Shown in pieces: positions 38,051 through 47,186 of a stretch of DNA of 64,000 bases. Source of the stretch: an uncultured virus (IMG/VR IMGVR_UViG_3300018427_000754) (Duplodnaviria > Heunggongvirae > Uroviricota > Caudoviricetes); IMG/VR virus record IMGVR_UViG_3300018427_000754; one strand, given 5' to 3'. The position numbers and the translations under genes were made by a program. The notes under the pieces were generated by a model, which saw only the letters and a list, made by a program, of their open reading frames with translations, was not told where the DNA came from and made no database searches. Position 1 is the stretch's first letter. The number at the start of each line of letters is the position of its first letter.

Positions 38051-38078
38051 AAAAAGCCACCGGACTGCTCCGATGGCT
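38051..38078 (-). terminator. Terminator/attenuator just after the late promoter
   Basis: Minus strand AGCCATCGGA-GCAG-TCCGGTGGCT-TTTT. Confidence 0.55.
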
Positions 38079-38107
38079 CATGGCAAATGATATAATTTTA
38101 CGCACAT

Positions 38108-38137
38108 ATCATACCAGATTTTTATTACTGAAGTCAA
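38108..38137 (-). promoter_or_regulatory. Putative late promoter
   Basis: Minus strand TTGACT, 18 nt, TGn-TATGAT; immediately downstream of the activator gene. Confidence 0.6.
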
Positions 38138-38180
38138 TTTGAAATTCAAAAAAATTAACGAAATCCGTTAACCCCCGAAT

Positions 38181-38759
38181 TTACTGAAAAAAATGCATCC
38201 CATTAATGCCAAAAATTAATGCAGAAATTTGCGTTTCTGCAGTCTTGACATCGTTGTAAATAGTCTTTTCCGTCACCTCAAATCTTTCAGCCAATTCCTT
38301 GACTGTTGTCTTGCTTTTTGTGATATAAAGAGCTTTGATGACCTTATACTGTCTCTTCTCAACATCTGTATATTTCCCACAGTAAATGCGATAAATATCC
38401 AGCATCTTATCGATATGGTCAAGCAGAATTCTGGTCCGTTCTGCAGAACGTTTGATGGAATCAACGATTACCTTGTCCCCTTTCATGGACATGATGTTCT
38501 CAATGATGTCTGATGGACTCTCTTCTGCACTCTCTTTTTCAAATACAGACTGGATGCAGTGCTCTTTCAACATGCGGTAGTTCTTCAATAACAGTTTTGT
38601 ATTATGAAGCCTGCGGTCTTTTTCCTCCTTGTCCTCTTTTCTTCTCTTTTTCTCAAATGTCTCTACTGCCGCAGATGCCCCCGTCAATGCCGCTTCGGCC
38701 ATCATGCTCCGGATCTCATCTTTTGACAATGCCACTAATTCAATCGGTCTTTCCATCAT
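38181..38759 (-). CDS. Late transcriptional activator (ArpU/RinA-like position, C-terminal HTH)
   Basis: RLHNTKLLLKNYR; TVKELAERFEVTEKTIYND; last early gene. Confidence 0.7.
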   Translation of the reverse strand: MMERPIELVALSKDEIRSMMAEAALTGASAAVETFEKKRRKEDKEEKDRRLHNTKLLLKNYRMLKEHCIQSVFEKESAEESPSDIIENIMSMKGDKVIVDSIKRSAERTRILLDHIDKMLDIYRIYCGKYTDVEKRQYKVIKALYITKSKTTVKELAERFEVTEKTIYNDVKTAETQISALIFGINGMHFFQ

Positions 38760-38825
38760 TCCATCCTCCTGCTCAATTATTAATCATAGATTCAATCATT
38801 CGATCATGAATCCGACCATCCTCTG

Positions 38826-39053
38826 TCACAAATACTGTTTTCCTGTCTTCGTGTCCTCTATTTCGATTCTATGTATCAATCGAAAGCCTGCAAGCTTCGT
38901 AACATTCTTTATAGTCTTAATGACCATCTCTGCAGCCGCATCTCTTTCCTTAGCAAATTTCTCTTTAGCCTTGGATTCCTTATCGGCTTTGCTTATCGCT
39001 GCAAAAGCAACATTATCTATGCATCCACTGCCATTTCTTCTGTTCTCATCCAT
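38826..39053 (-). CDS. Phage hypothetical protein
   Basis: RNGSGCID...LAGFRLIHRIEIED; co-oriented and packed. Confidence 0.6.
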   Translation of the reverse strand: MDENRRNGSGCIDNVAFAAISKADKESKAKEKFAKERDAAAEMVIKTIKNVTKLAGFRLIHRIEIEDTKTGKQYL

Positions 39054-39061
39054 TATACCAC

Positions 39062-39301
39062 CTACTTCAACGATTCGAGAACCTGTCTTTTAAATGCTTC
39101 CCACTGTTCATCATCCAGTCCTTCTGACAGGACTTCTTTCGCCGACTCCAAAGCCTCCTCCGTTCCGCATCGGGGACAAATGAGTGTAGCGCCGTCCTTT
39201 CTGGACAACGCTGGGCGTTCTGAATATTCATGGTTACATATAGGGCAGATCTGTCTTCCTTCCGGAATCACATCTCCACAAAATAAGCATTTATCCTCCA
39301 T
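39062..39301 (-). CDS. Zn-finger hypothetical protein
   Basis: CLFC, CPIC, PALSR, CPRC. Confidence 0.65.
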   Translation of the reverse strand: MEDKCLFCGDVIPEGRQICPICNHEYSERPALSRKDGATLICPRCGTEEALESAKEVLSEGLDDEQWEAFKRQVLESLK

Positions 39302-39503
39302 AGACATCCTCCTGTTCTGGCAGATATTCCGGAAAGTCAAATATGTTCATCTGTCCCGGGATAATATCTTCACTTTCCATTTCTTTTGTCTTCATCTGTG
39401 GTCTTCCTGTTACCTTCTGCCAGCATTCTGGTCCATATCCTCTCTGCCGGCTTTCTGGATCCGTAAGAAGTTTTCCGCAATTCTGGCACTTTATGTACAT
39501 CAT
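39291..39503 (-). CDS. DUF6011-like Zn-finger protein
   Basis: CQNCGKLLTDPESRQRGYGPEC; C-terminal IPGQMNIFDF. Confidence 0.7.
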   Translation of the reverse strand: MMYIKCQNCGKLLTDPESRQRGYGPECWQKVTGRPQMKTKEMESEDIIPGQMNIFDFPEYLPEQEDVYGG

Positions 39504-39766
39504 TCCTCCTTTTTCTCTCGTTCGACACGAACGATTCGAGCATGCTTAGGAGTTGTGACATGGATTTCCACGGGGTATGGAGATTCCGCTGCCATTACAT
39601 AATTTTTAATATTTCCTCCTTCACGCCAACGTTCACAGCTTTTAGGTAGCAAAGCTTCATCAGTCGTCATCATCCCTGCTTCATTACAAGAAAACAATGT
39701 AATTTCATCTTTCTCATTTATTCTAAGTCTGCAAAACGCACATGTCTTACAATCTGTTTCTCTCAT
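39500..39766 (-). CDS. Cys-rich hypothetical protein
   Basis: CKTCAFC; SD upstream; overlaps next gene. Confidence 0.55.
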   Translation of the reverse strand: MRETDCKTCAFCRLRINEKDEITLFSCNEAGMMTTDEALLPKSCERWREGGNIKNYVMAAESPYPVEIHVTTPKHARIVRVEREKKEE

Positions 39767-39880
39767 TTTTGCTCCTTTCTCTCCGGAGCATTCACTGCCC
39801 CGGAGGTAACATCTGGCATGCAATAGTAATTTTGTGATATATAAACAACCCATAAGGCCAGTCTTATTGGTTGAGAAGGG

Positions 39881-40111
39881 CTAATATCTCGTTACTTCTC
39901 CTCCGCATTCTGGGCAGGAATAGTATTTCGTTCCTCTTGAGGCACCTCTTAACTCATAACGCACTTCGCAGTTCGGACAGATTCCCTCATTCCATGTCGT
40001 TGCAGTACAGGAATTTAAGAGAACGCTGGATCCTATCCAAATTGCAATCACTAATAATATTGAGCAGATGAACGCCCACATATCAGAACTTCTATGCAAG
40101 TTATAACTCAT
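39881..40111 (-). CDS. TM plus Zn-ribbon hypothetical protein
   Basis: Hydrophobic helix, CPNC, CPEC. Confidence 0.55.
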   Translation of the reverse strand: MSYNLHRSSDMWAFICSILLVIAIWIGSSVLLNSCTATTWNEGICPNCEVRYELRGASRGTKYYSCPECGGEVTRY

Positions 40112-40295
40112 GTTGTCTCCTCCTTATCTTTTTGTCTTAAACTCTAAACATCCTTCGCAGTCGTCATATGCTGTCTCGCATCCATAAGCATCAGCAAGAT
40201 GATTGCTGCAATACCAACCTGTTAATTTACCATTTTCCCATACTGGTCTGTGAGACAGGCAGTTCCCACAGATAATTTCTTCCTCGTCATACTCT

Positions 40296-40499
40296 TTACT
40301 CATTGTTCATAATCTCATTTTCTGAATACCAGTTTACTGCTACTTTTTCTCCACACTTGGGACATGTATAACAAATAAAAAATGTTTTATATTCAGCGCT
40401 ATAAAAAACCTCCATTTCCCGTTCAACTGGAATTGGAATACCTGTCTCATTGTGTGTCAAAAACAGATTTCTTAAAAACTTTTTTATTTTTTGTATCAT
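40296..40499 (-). CDS. Hypothetical protein
   Basis: Co-oriented ORF with CPKC. Confidence 0.5.
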   Translation of the reverse strand: MIQKIKKFLRNLFLTHNETGIPIPVEREMEVFYSAEYKTFFICYTCPKCGEKVAVNWYSENEIMNNE

Positions 40500-40505
40500 T
40501 TATTA

Positions 40506-40868
40506 TTATCCTTTGCTCCAATCAATCTCCTGTCCACATTCATTACAGAACTTGCTTTTTCTTTGATCGTGTGGATGAGGGTTGCTGCCATTTCTAATTG
40601 CGTTATATCTTTGTCCAACGAACCAGCCACATCTAGGGCAACACCAATCCTGCCATTTATTCAAGGTCCATTCGTGAGGCTTGTTCCCATTATTTCTATG
40701 TATTAAAGATTCTCCACTCTTCAGCACCGGTCGCATCGGTTCATTCATGGAACGCAATGCTTTTTTCGCCAAAATCAGAGCTTCCTCAACCTCATTCCCG
40801 TCCTCTGGCAAGTTTCCTTCTACAGATTCTATACCTTCAAAAATCAAAGCAGCTTCTTTATAGGTCAT
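40506..40868 (-). CDS. Zn-ribbon hypothetical protein
   Basis: CPRCG...FCNECGQEIDWS. Confidence 0.65.
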   Translation of the reverse strand: MTYKEAALIFEGIESVEGNLPEDGNEVEEALILAKKALRSMNEPMRPVLKSGESLIHRNNGNKPHEWTLNKWQDWCCPRCGWFVGQRYNAIRNGSNPHPHDQRKSKFCNECGQEIDWSKG

Positions 40869-41112
40869 CGTCCATCAACATCCTCCTTTTCAACCCATCA
40901 ATAAAGTCCATTCCTATTGCCGAAATGTCTTTATTATATCGGCTACATATAACATGAACTACTAAATGGCTTCTCTGAGCAGATATAATCATATGTTCTT
41001 CAAAAGCAACCTCCTCTTTCATACTGCATGTACTTCGTTCTCTGCACGATCTGCACCATGATGCTTCCAGTCGTTCTGCCTGCGTGGGCTTCATAAAATC
41101 CGGAATTGTCAT
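40858..41112 (-). CDS. Hypothetical protein
   Basis: Overlaps both neighbours; CRSC. Confidence 0.5.
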   Translation of the reverse strand: MTIPDFMKPTQAERLEASWCRSCRERSTCSMKEEVAFEEHMIISAQRSHLVVHVICSRYNKDISAIGMDFIDGLKRRMLMDDDL

Positions 41113-41594
41113 CCTGCCACCTCTTTCCGGTACGGTTCTCCTACAGGTCTCCAGGCTATTACTTCTGCATCCACTATGCAGAAGCTTTCACCAAAGGTAA
41201 CATACTCCCACCACCCTTCGGGAATTATGTATTCATCCTTTTCTTCGATGTACTCCCAATTATCATAATCATCCCATACAAAATTGCTGTTCTCTGTTGT
41301 CATTGTTCCGTCTTCATAAAATGCTCTGGCTGTAAAGTGATTTTCTACTTCGCTATTTCCCGCACCTATGTATCTACGAACACAGCTGATTTCTACCTCT
41401 TGTTCGTTTTCAGGGAAAGTATTACCTACAGGAATCCACTCTATAACTTCCGGTTCCTTTGGCAATGTTTTAAGGTAATCAGCAATCTTTCTTAAGGCAT
41501 TTGCAAACTGCCTTTGATTTGCCAGTTCTACCTGGTTAGCAAAAGATCTCAGATCTTTTATGCATTCATCCATGTTGTATATCTTTTTCGTCAC
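41109..41594 (-). CDS. DUF551-like phage protein
   Basis: EWIPV...P...EGWWE...VIAWRPVGEPY. Confidence 0.6.
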   Translation of the reverse strand: MTKKIYNMDECIKDLRSFANQVELANQRQFANALRKIADYLKTLPKEPEVIEWIPVGNTFPENEQEVEISCVRRYIGAGNSEVENHFTARAFYEDGTMTTENSNFVWDDYDNWEYIEEKDEYIIPEGWWEYVTFGESFCIVDAEVIAWRPVGEPYRKEVAG

Positions 41595-41769
41595 TTTTTA
41601 TCTCACCCTTCCATCATAATATTTTCGCATCTTTCTCTTGCCACACTTCTGACAGTAACAGTCATATATCTTGACATGATACCCACTGTAATCATAATAA
41701 TCTTTGTAGAAAAGTCTCTGCACCCATTCATGCTTACACAAAAATTGTAAAAGGCATCTTGCCATTCTT

Positions 41770-41994
41770 TTAATCATTCTTCACACCGCTTAACATCTCG
41801 CCTGTTCCACCACCAAGTTTGTTCAAATGCATTGGCTTGACATTTAATTCATGACAAAGAAGATTCAATGCGCTCTGCACTTCACAATCTCTTAAAAACT
41901 GTTCTGTTGGACAAGGTGTATTTTCCCTGTCGTTATAAATCTTTGCAATTTCTCTTGCTACTTTCTTTTTACTAATAAATCCAAAATTATTCAT
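41770..41994 (-). CDS. Hypothetical protein (junction-repeat cassette)
   Basis: Flanked by GGTGTGAA junction repeats. Confidence 0.55.
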   Translation of the reverse strand: MNNFGFISKKKVAREIAKIYNDRENTPCPTEQFLRDCEVQSALNLLCHELNVKPMHLNKLGGGTGEMLSGVKND

Positions 41995-42252
41995 TCTTCA
42001 CACCTTCTTCCACAAATAAATCAAAGATATTGGCAACAAGTTCAAGTGCATCTATCTGTGCCCTGTCACTTTGATAGATATATTCCGAACCGCATTCCTT
42101 TGCAAGTTCATGTTTATTTGCATACTTTTCAATAAGATTCATGATCTTCTCACTCATTCTTCACACCGCCTTTTCTAATCTAAAAACCCCAAGCACAATC
42201 CGAAAACTAGCGCAATAATAAGATATAATACAACCATATCGTGCCTCCTTTT

Positions 42253-42456
42253 CTATTCATGCTCTCCAATGAACTTACTAAAATCTTTTGCCGTATATTT
42301 CGGATTCCCATTAAACCCCTGTCCGTATTTACTGTCTTTTTCCATAATGTCTTTTATCAGCAATGCATTTCTTCTATTCTCGCAGATTAATTTGAGTTCG
42401 CCATTTTCAAAGAGTCCATAGTCACATACGACTGAATCTACCGTATATTTAGTCAT
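42253..42456 (-). CDS. Hypothetical protein (junction-repeat cassette)
   Basis: ATG directly after a repeat. Confidence 0.55.
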   Translation of the reverse strand: MTKYTVDSVVCDYGLFENGELKLICENRRNALLIKDIMEKDSKYGQGFNGNPKYTAKDFSKFIGEHE

Positions 42457-42588
42457 GATTCACACCGCCTTTTTTTCTAGCTTTCATCTTTCCTGCTTCA
42501 ACTCGTTTCTTTCTGCAATCTGGACATAAGAATGCATTTTTTCCACCCATAAATACCTTTTCACAATCTTGACAAATTTCTTTTACTT

Positions 42589-42747
42589 TCATTTCACACC
42601 GCCTTTTTTCTTCTTCATGCAATACTCTGTATCTTCCAAATATGCAAAACTATGAGGAATCGGAAGTTCAATTCTCTTCGGGTTTCTTATACACTTCTTA
42701 ATATTGCACTTGTAATTAAAGCAAAAAGTAATATCTTCACTAGGCAT
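42589..42747 (-). CDS. 52-aa Cys-rich microprotein (not in ORF track)
   Basis: MPSEDITFCFNYKC...KKGGVK; starts and ends in junction repeats. Confidence 0.55.
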   Translation of the reverse strand: MPSEDITFCFNYKCNIKKCIRNPKRIELPIPHSFAYLEDTEYCMKKKKGGVK

Positions 42748-43015
42748 GATTCACACCGCCTTTTCTGACAATCTCGATTGCTTTATCCAAGCTAAGATTT
42801 TTTGTATGTCCAAAGATTTCTGTCGATACATCTTCCAACTCTTTCACAACCGCTTCAATGTCGAATGTTGGCTGTGCTTTAATAAATTGAATAATTTCGT
42901 TTTGTCTTGAAATCATTCCACACACCACATCATCACTCAAATGTCCAGTGTATTTTAAGGCAAGTTCTTCTTCTATGTATGAAATCAAAAAATCAGCATC
43001 AATCAATCTTCCCAT
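42740..43015 (-). CDS. Phage hypothetical protein (MxRLIDAD-type)
   Basis: MGRLIDAD...QPTFDIE...AIEIVRKGGV. Confidence 0.65.
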   Translation of the reverse strand: MGRLIDADFLISYIEEELALKYTGHLSDDVVCGMISRQNEIIQFIKAQPTFDIEAVVKELEDVSTEIFGHTKNLSLDKAIEIVRKGGVNHA

Positions 43016-43307
43016 CTTGCACCTCATCTTTTTCATTTAGGTCATACTTTGTCGGACTTGCCTGCCAACAGAACCAATTTTCCCAAACTCTCATTCCGTC
43101 AAATGACATGCAACACCCATCTGCACAATAAATACAATCTTTGCAGTAACACTTTGCTAAAGGCGGTTTATCGAAACGATGCTTATATTTGTATTGCCAT
43201 TTAGCACGTTTGATTTTGTCTTCTAAAAGTTCTTTAATAATGCATATTACGAATAAACAAATACCGACTGTTGTAACCATTCCTATTGCTTGAAATGCTG
43301 TACTCAT
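42999..43307 (-). CDS. TM plus Cys-rich hypothetical protein
   Basis: N-terminal TM helix; CYCKDCIYC...WFC. Confidence 0.55.
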   Translation of the reverse strand: MSTAFQAIGMVTTVGICLFVICIIKELLEDKIKRAKWQYKYKHRFDKPPLAKCYCKDCIYCADGCCMSFDGMRVWENWFCWQASPTKYDLNEKDEVQDGKID

Positions 43308-43525
43308 TCTTGCACCTTCTTTCTCATGTCACAGTAATTCTCCCAGCGAACTCTTCCCTCATAATGTTCTTTTGGGAGGGACATATCTACATATGCCCCA
43401 CAATCACATTTCCCATCAGAGCACACGAACCGATGACACGCACTACAAAAATAGGCTATCCCAAGTTCCTTGTCCTCTTTCCAAACTGCTGACACTCTAT
43501 CCATCGTTCTCCTTTTATACCCCAT
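43304..43525 (-). CDS. Zn-finger hypothetical protein
   Basis: CSAC...CDC. Confidence 0.55.
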   Translation of the reverse strand: MGYKRRTMDRVSAVWKEDKELGIAYFCSACHRFVCSDGKCDCGAYVDMSLPKEHYEGRVRWENYCDMRKKVQE

Positions 43526-43772
43526 GTTTTATAAACCTTTCAGGGAACAGACTCATTTGCAATTGCTTTTCTATTTCATCTTTATAAACTTTCTGCAAAT
43601 GTCCATCTACCATGATATCCATTGTCTCCCTCATAATGGGAGCTGCAGCGGATTCAGCGAATGGAGTCGATGCCGGTTCCAGATATGCTTCTGCTTCCAT
43701 CTCCTTTTTTACGCAAATATCTACTATCGGACAATTCCTACAGTTCTTTGCCATTCTCCGTAAAATTCCCAT
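43515..43772 (-). CDS. Hypothetical protein
   Basis: CRNCP; C-terminal QMSLF. Confidence 0.55.
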   Translation of the reverse strand: MGILRRMAKNCRNCPIVDICVKKEMEAEAYLEPASTPFAESAAAPIMRETMDIMVDGHLQKVYKDEIEKQLQMSLFPERFIKHGV

Positions 43773-44232
43773 TGTCCACCTTCTTTCTCATATCTGCATA
43801 ACAGCAGTAACCGTTTTCACCTACCATGTATTTGCCATATTCGCAACATTTAACATGTTCCGTTTCTCCTGCTACACCTGTTCCCCAATGCTCACAATCT
43901 TTACAATGAACCACTGGCACGGCTTCCACTGCAGATATTTCTTCCACTGCCTTGATACATTCCCGAATAGCATTGTATGTATCTGCACTATCGCCTTCTT
44001 TGACTGGAGATTCTTGTAATGCGAAATCGTTCAAGCTATTTATCAACGCACTTCTGCTAATCAAATCCCCTATATAGTCTTCCTCTTCCATCCAGTCCAT
44101 AGGACAGTCAGCATAGAAATGATCTTCTGGACTTCTGTAATCTTCGGCACCGGCCATGCATTTGTTATACCTGTAATTCGGGCAGTCACCACACCGTTCT
44201 ACTCTAATTTTGATTATTCTTGGTTTCTTCAT
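43738..44232 (-). CDS. Phage hypothetical protein
   Basis: DLISRSAL...VEAVPVVHCKDCEHW. Confidence 0.6.
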   Translation of the reverse strand: MKKPRIIKIRVERCGDCPNYRYNKCMAGAEDYRSPEDHFYADCPMDWMEEEDYIGDLISRSALINSLNDFALQESPVKEGDSADTYNAIRECIKAVEEISAVEAVPVVHCKDCEHWGTGVAGETEHVKCCEYGKYMVGENGYCCYADMRKKVDNGNFTENGKEL

Positions 44233-44258
44233 TTCTGCCTCCTAAAAAAACGAACAGC

Positions 44259-44591
44259 TCAATCCGTTTCACGTTTCGTCCCCTCTTTTCTTACATGGAT
44301 CAATTCCTTTTGTGGCTTGGTCAAGCGTGCCGGATAGGGCGCCGGAACGACTTTTCGAACAAAATCTATTAAAAATCCTTTTGTTACCTGCTCTCCTAAA
44401 TATAGGACCGTCGTTTGTGTAATCGCATCTGGTTCCCATTTCTTTATTCTTATCTTTAAGTCCCTATAAATATCAGAGTATCTTGCCCCCTGCCTTTGTA
44501 CTTTCTGGTCCAGTAACCGCTGCAGTTCCTTGTTTAATCCGAAATATGCAATCACTCTGATTCTTGCTTTTGACTCCCTATTTCTTTTCAT
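44259..44591 (-). CDS. Hypothetical protein
   Basis: SD GGAGG; co-oriented. Confidence 0.5.
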   Translation of the reverse strand: MKRNRESKARIRVIAYFGLNKELQRLLDQKVQRQGARYSDIYRDLKIRIKKWEPDAITQTTVLYLGEQVTKGFLIDFVRKVVPAPYPARLTKPQKELIHVRKEGTKRETD

Positions 44592-44592
44592 G

Positions 44593-45126
44593 TCACGCCT
44601 CCTCTGGAATATATGGTGCTGTTCTTTCCTTCCACGCAATCACTTTTCCAGAATGCATCCATCTCCCTGATGAGCTGAACAGAACACATTCTGTGATATA
44701 CTGCTTCTGTGAATTAATGACCTTTTCAATCGTTACTTCGTAAATACCGCATTCCTTTGGCAATTCCTTTTCGCACAGTGTCCATTTCTTTTCATTGTCT
44801 TCAAAGATTTTCAAATGTTCTCTAAGATCTGCCATTGCCCAAAGATTACGATAAAACGCGGCAATCAATCCTTCCGGTTCCTCCAATGAATACATCCCGT
44901 TTTCCATTATTTCATCGTCAAACTGTTCATCATCCACTAGCGCCATGGATTCTTCATTCCAGCACCCAAATACCAGCATGAGTTTTCTGGTCAAGTCTCT
45001 GGCAGTAATATCGATTTCAAAATCCCTGTATCTTGTCCATCCATCCTGTCCAATATAACAACAGTTATGTGCCAGCTCGACCATGCTCATGTCTTTTGTT
45101 ATGGCATCCGTAGTCAGTCTCATCAT
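44593..45126 (-). CDS. Phage hypothetical protein
   Basis: MSMVELAHN...LWAMADLRE; DUF551-like C-terminus (VIAW). Confidence 0.6.
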   Translation of the reverse strand: MMRLTTDAITKDMSMVELAHNCCYIGQDGWTRYRDFEIDITARDLTRKLMLVFGCWNEESMALVDDEQFDDEIMENGMYSLEEPEGLIAAFYRNLWAMADLREHLKIFEDNEKKWTLCEKELPKECGIYEVTIEKVINSQKQYITECVLFSSSGRWMHSGKVIAWKERTAPYIPEEA

Positions 45127-45569
45127 AATTCCACTCCTTTCAACAATTCCGGGTTATCGAATATATTCCCTATCACCTCATAGAAGTACGGTTCTCTAAT
45201 ATCTACATCTCCATCAAAAGTCCAGCCAAACACTCCGTCACAGCAGCTACAGTTGAACGCACCATATCTCACTACCCCAAGTGCTCGGATATTTCCCTTG
45301 GCATCCCTTCGAGCCACGATATCATTTTCCCATACGCTTTTTTCATTCTTGTCATACAAGCCCGTATACTGGCAAACTGTCTCTGGATTTACTCTTGTCA
45401 TATTTAAAACAACTAACTGGTTCGGTGAGTATGTACTGGCTCCATTACATGGTGGAACTATATAGCAAAAACCTTCATCGAGATTAATTAAACTCCCATA
45501 CTTCCACTGTCCTTTGAGATCTTTAGCCCTATACCAATTCTTGTTTATTTTTTTTACCTCTTTCTGCAT
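45123..45569 (-). CDS. YopX family protein
   Basis: TVCQYTGLYDKN...WENDIV...EVIGNIFDNPELL. Confidence 0.88.
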   Translation of the reverse strand: MQKEVKKINKNWYRAKDLKGQWKYGSLINLDEGFCYIVPPCNGASTYSPNQLVVLNMTRVNPETVCQYTGLYDKNEKSVWENDIVARRDAKGNIRALGVVRYGAFNCSCCDGVFGWTFDGDVDIREPYFYEVIGNIFDNPELLKGVEL

Positions 45570-45739
45570 ATCGTCAACCCCTTATCATCTGTTTTCAGAA
45601 CACATTCTTTGTATCCAATATCCAACTTAATCAAATAAAACTGGTCACAATCATCTATAACCGTTCCTGGTCTTGGCCTCATGAATTCTCCTGTCAGTTT
45701 CGGAAGAATCACTCTCTGACCGATATTTAATTGCAACAT
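45554..45739 (-). CDS. Hypothetical protein
   Basis: 61 aa overlapping both neighbours. Confidence 0.45.
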   Translation of the reverse strand: MLQLNIGQRVILPKLTGEFMRPRPGTVIDDCDQFYLIKLDIGYKECVLKTDDKGLTICRKR

Positions 45740-46110
45740 TCGTTTTCCCTTCTTCCATTCGCTTCCGGTTCTATATCCATCTGCTGGAGTGTATCTTCCA
45801 AAGCACTCATAATTGCAATCTCAAAAGGAGAGTCCTCTGTTTCCACTATCAACTGTCCACAATGTTTACAATAGTTCGCATTATCTCCAACTATTTTTCC
45901 GCAAACTGTACAGTATCGATATCCATCCTCTCCTGTCTTCGGAAGATAACTTTCTTGTTTCATGAGCGCTGCCATTGCAATAATTTTCGCAATATATGCT
46001 GCAGTCGATACGGCTTCATTGCCTTTGAAGCCAGCATAATATTCAATTTCAGTAAGGGCTTCTTTCGATGTGTCCGGGTCAATGATTCTTCTTGCTTCTT
46101 TTACCGTCAT
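45727..46110 (-). CDS. Zn-ribbon hypothetical protein
   Basis: YCTVCG...NYCKHCGQ. Confidence 0.6.
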   Translation of the reverse strand: MTVKEARRIIDPDTSKEALTEIEYYAGFKGNEAVSTAAYIAKIIAMAALMKQESYLPKTGEDGYRYCTVCGKIVGDNANYCKHCGQLIVETEDSPFEIAIMSALEDTLQQMDIEPEANGRRENECCN

Positions 46111-46121
46111 ACGCCTTCCTC

Positions 46122-47186
46122 CTATCTCAATTTCACTGGAAGCACCAGTGACATGGAATCCTTCTTTTCTGTCTCTATGAACAGAGGAGATTGGTCTGTT
46201 GAAAGATTCAGATTAACAACATCGTCTTTAAATGATTTCACGGAATCGAGTACCAGTTTCGGATCAAAGCCAATACGCAGCGGTGTTGTCACATTCTTCA
46301 GCAAAGGAACATTCTCTTCGTACTGCGCAGTAGTGTCATTCGCCTCAATATGTAATGTCGCTCCATTAAAATTGAAAACGACCTTTTTACTCTCGTTTAT
46401 ACACATATTTGCCCTGGACATTGCTGCAATGAAATCTGTTCTTTCGATTGCTGTATTGATAAGAGTATCTCTGAACATGCCCTTATAATTAAAATACGTT
46501 CCATCGAGAAGCCGGCTGAAAATCGTAAATTCCTCATTCTGCAGGATAACGCTCTTTGTGTCGTAAGAAACATCGATGTCTGACGCAATCCCCATGGACA
46601 GCAGTTTCTTCACTGCTACTTTAGGGACTATAATCTTCATGTCGGAAGTTCCTTCCACTTCGATTCTGTCCCATGCCATTACATGTCCGTTCGATGCGAC
46701 CAGATTCAGACATCCGTCTCCTCCTTCGAAATAGATACCTTTCAACATGAGATTGGAAACAGTTCCATCAGCCGCTGCATAAGAACAATGGGAAAGAGCT
46801 TCCATTAATTTCGCCCCTGGAAGCCTGATCGCATTCGCTGTCTCCACATTCCTCTTTTTGTATACGAAATCTTCAGGAGGGAAGCTCTGGTAACTGTTCT
46901 TGATCTTGGACATCTTAATCGTTACCACGTTTTTGTCGTTCGCTGTGATTTCCACCTCTTCTCCTTCCGGAAGATTCTTGATAAGGTCAAAAGCTTTCAT
47001 GGGGATAATAAAATTATCCCCTGCACAAGCCTCCAGTTTGACCTGCATCGTGATTTCTGTGTTGGAGGCTATTAAATATCCGTCCTCTACCAAAATGCCG
47101 GATAAAGCCGCGATTTTATCGTTCTTCTGGACAATGCTCTTCAGCTTATCAATTGCCCTTGAAATCTCATATTTGATTAATCTCAT
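46122..47186 (-). CDS. dnaN: Phage-encoded DNA polymerase III beta-clamp homologue
   Basis: About 354 aa; LVASNGH, FSRLLDGTYFNY, IGFDPKLVLD, LVLPV C-terminus. Confidence 0.85.
   Translation of the reverse strand: MRLIKYEISRAIDKLKSIVQKNDKIAALSGILVEDGYLIASNTEITMQVKLEACAGDNFIIPMKAFDLIKNLPEGEEVEITANDKNVVTIKMSKIKNSYQSFPPEDFVYKKRNVETANAIRLPGAKLMEALSHCSYAAADGTVSNLMLKGIYFEGGDGCLNLVASNGHVMAWDRIEVEGTSDMKIIVPKVAVKKLLSMGIASDIDVSYDTKSVILQNEEFTIFSRLLDGTYFNYKGMFRDTLINTAIERTDFIAAMSRANMCINESKKVVFNFNGATLHIEANDTTAQYEENVPLLKNVTTPLRIGFDPKLVLDSVKSFKDDVVNLNLSTDQSPLFIETEKKDSMSLVLPVKLR

Larger units (their letters stand above)
41781..42767 (-). repeat. Six dispersed junction repeats (AAAAGGC)GGTGTGAA
   Basis: TCACACC cores on + at 41781, 41998, 42161, 42460, 42594, 42751, each just upstream of an ATG. 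Confidence 0.8.

Noticed and set aside
41781..42767. CRISPR array
   Set aside because: Repeats are short and degenerate, spacers are 134-299 bp and protein-coding, and no cas genes are present
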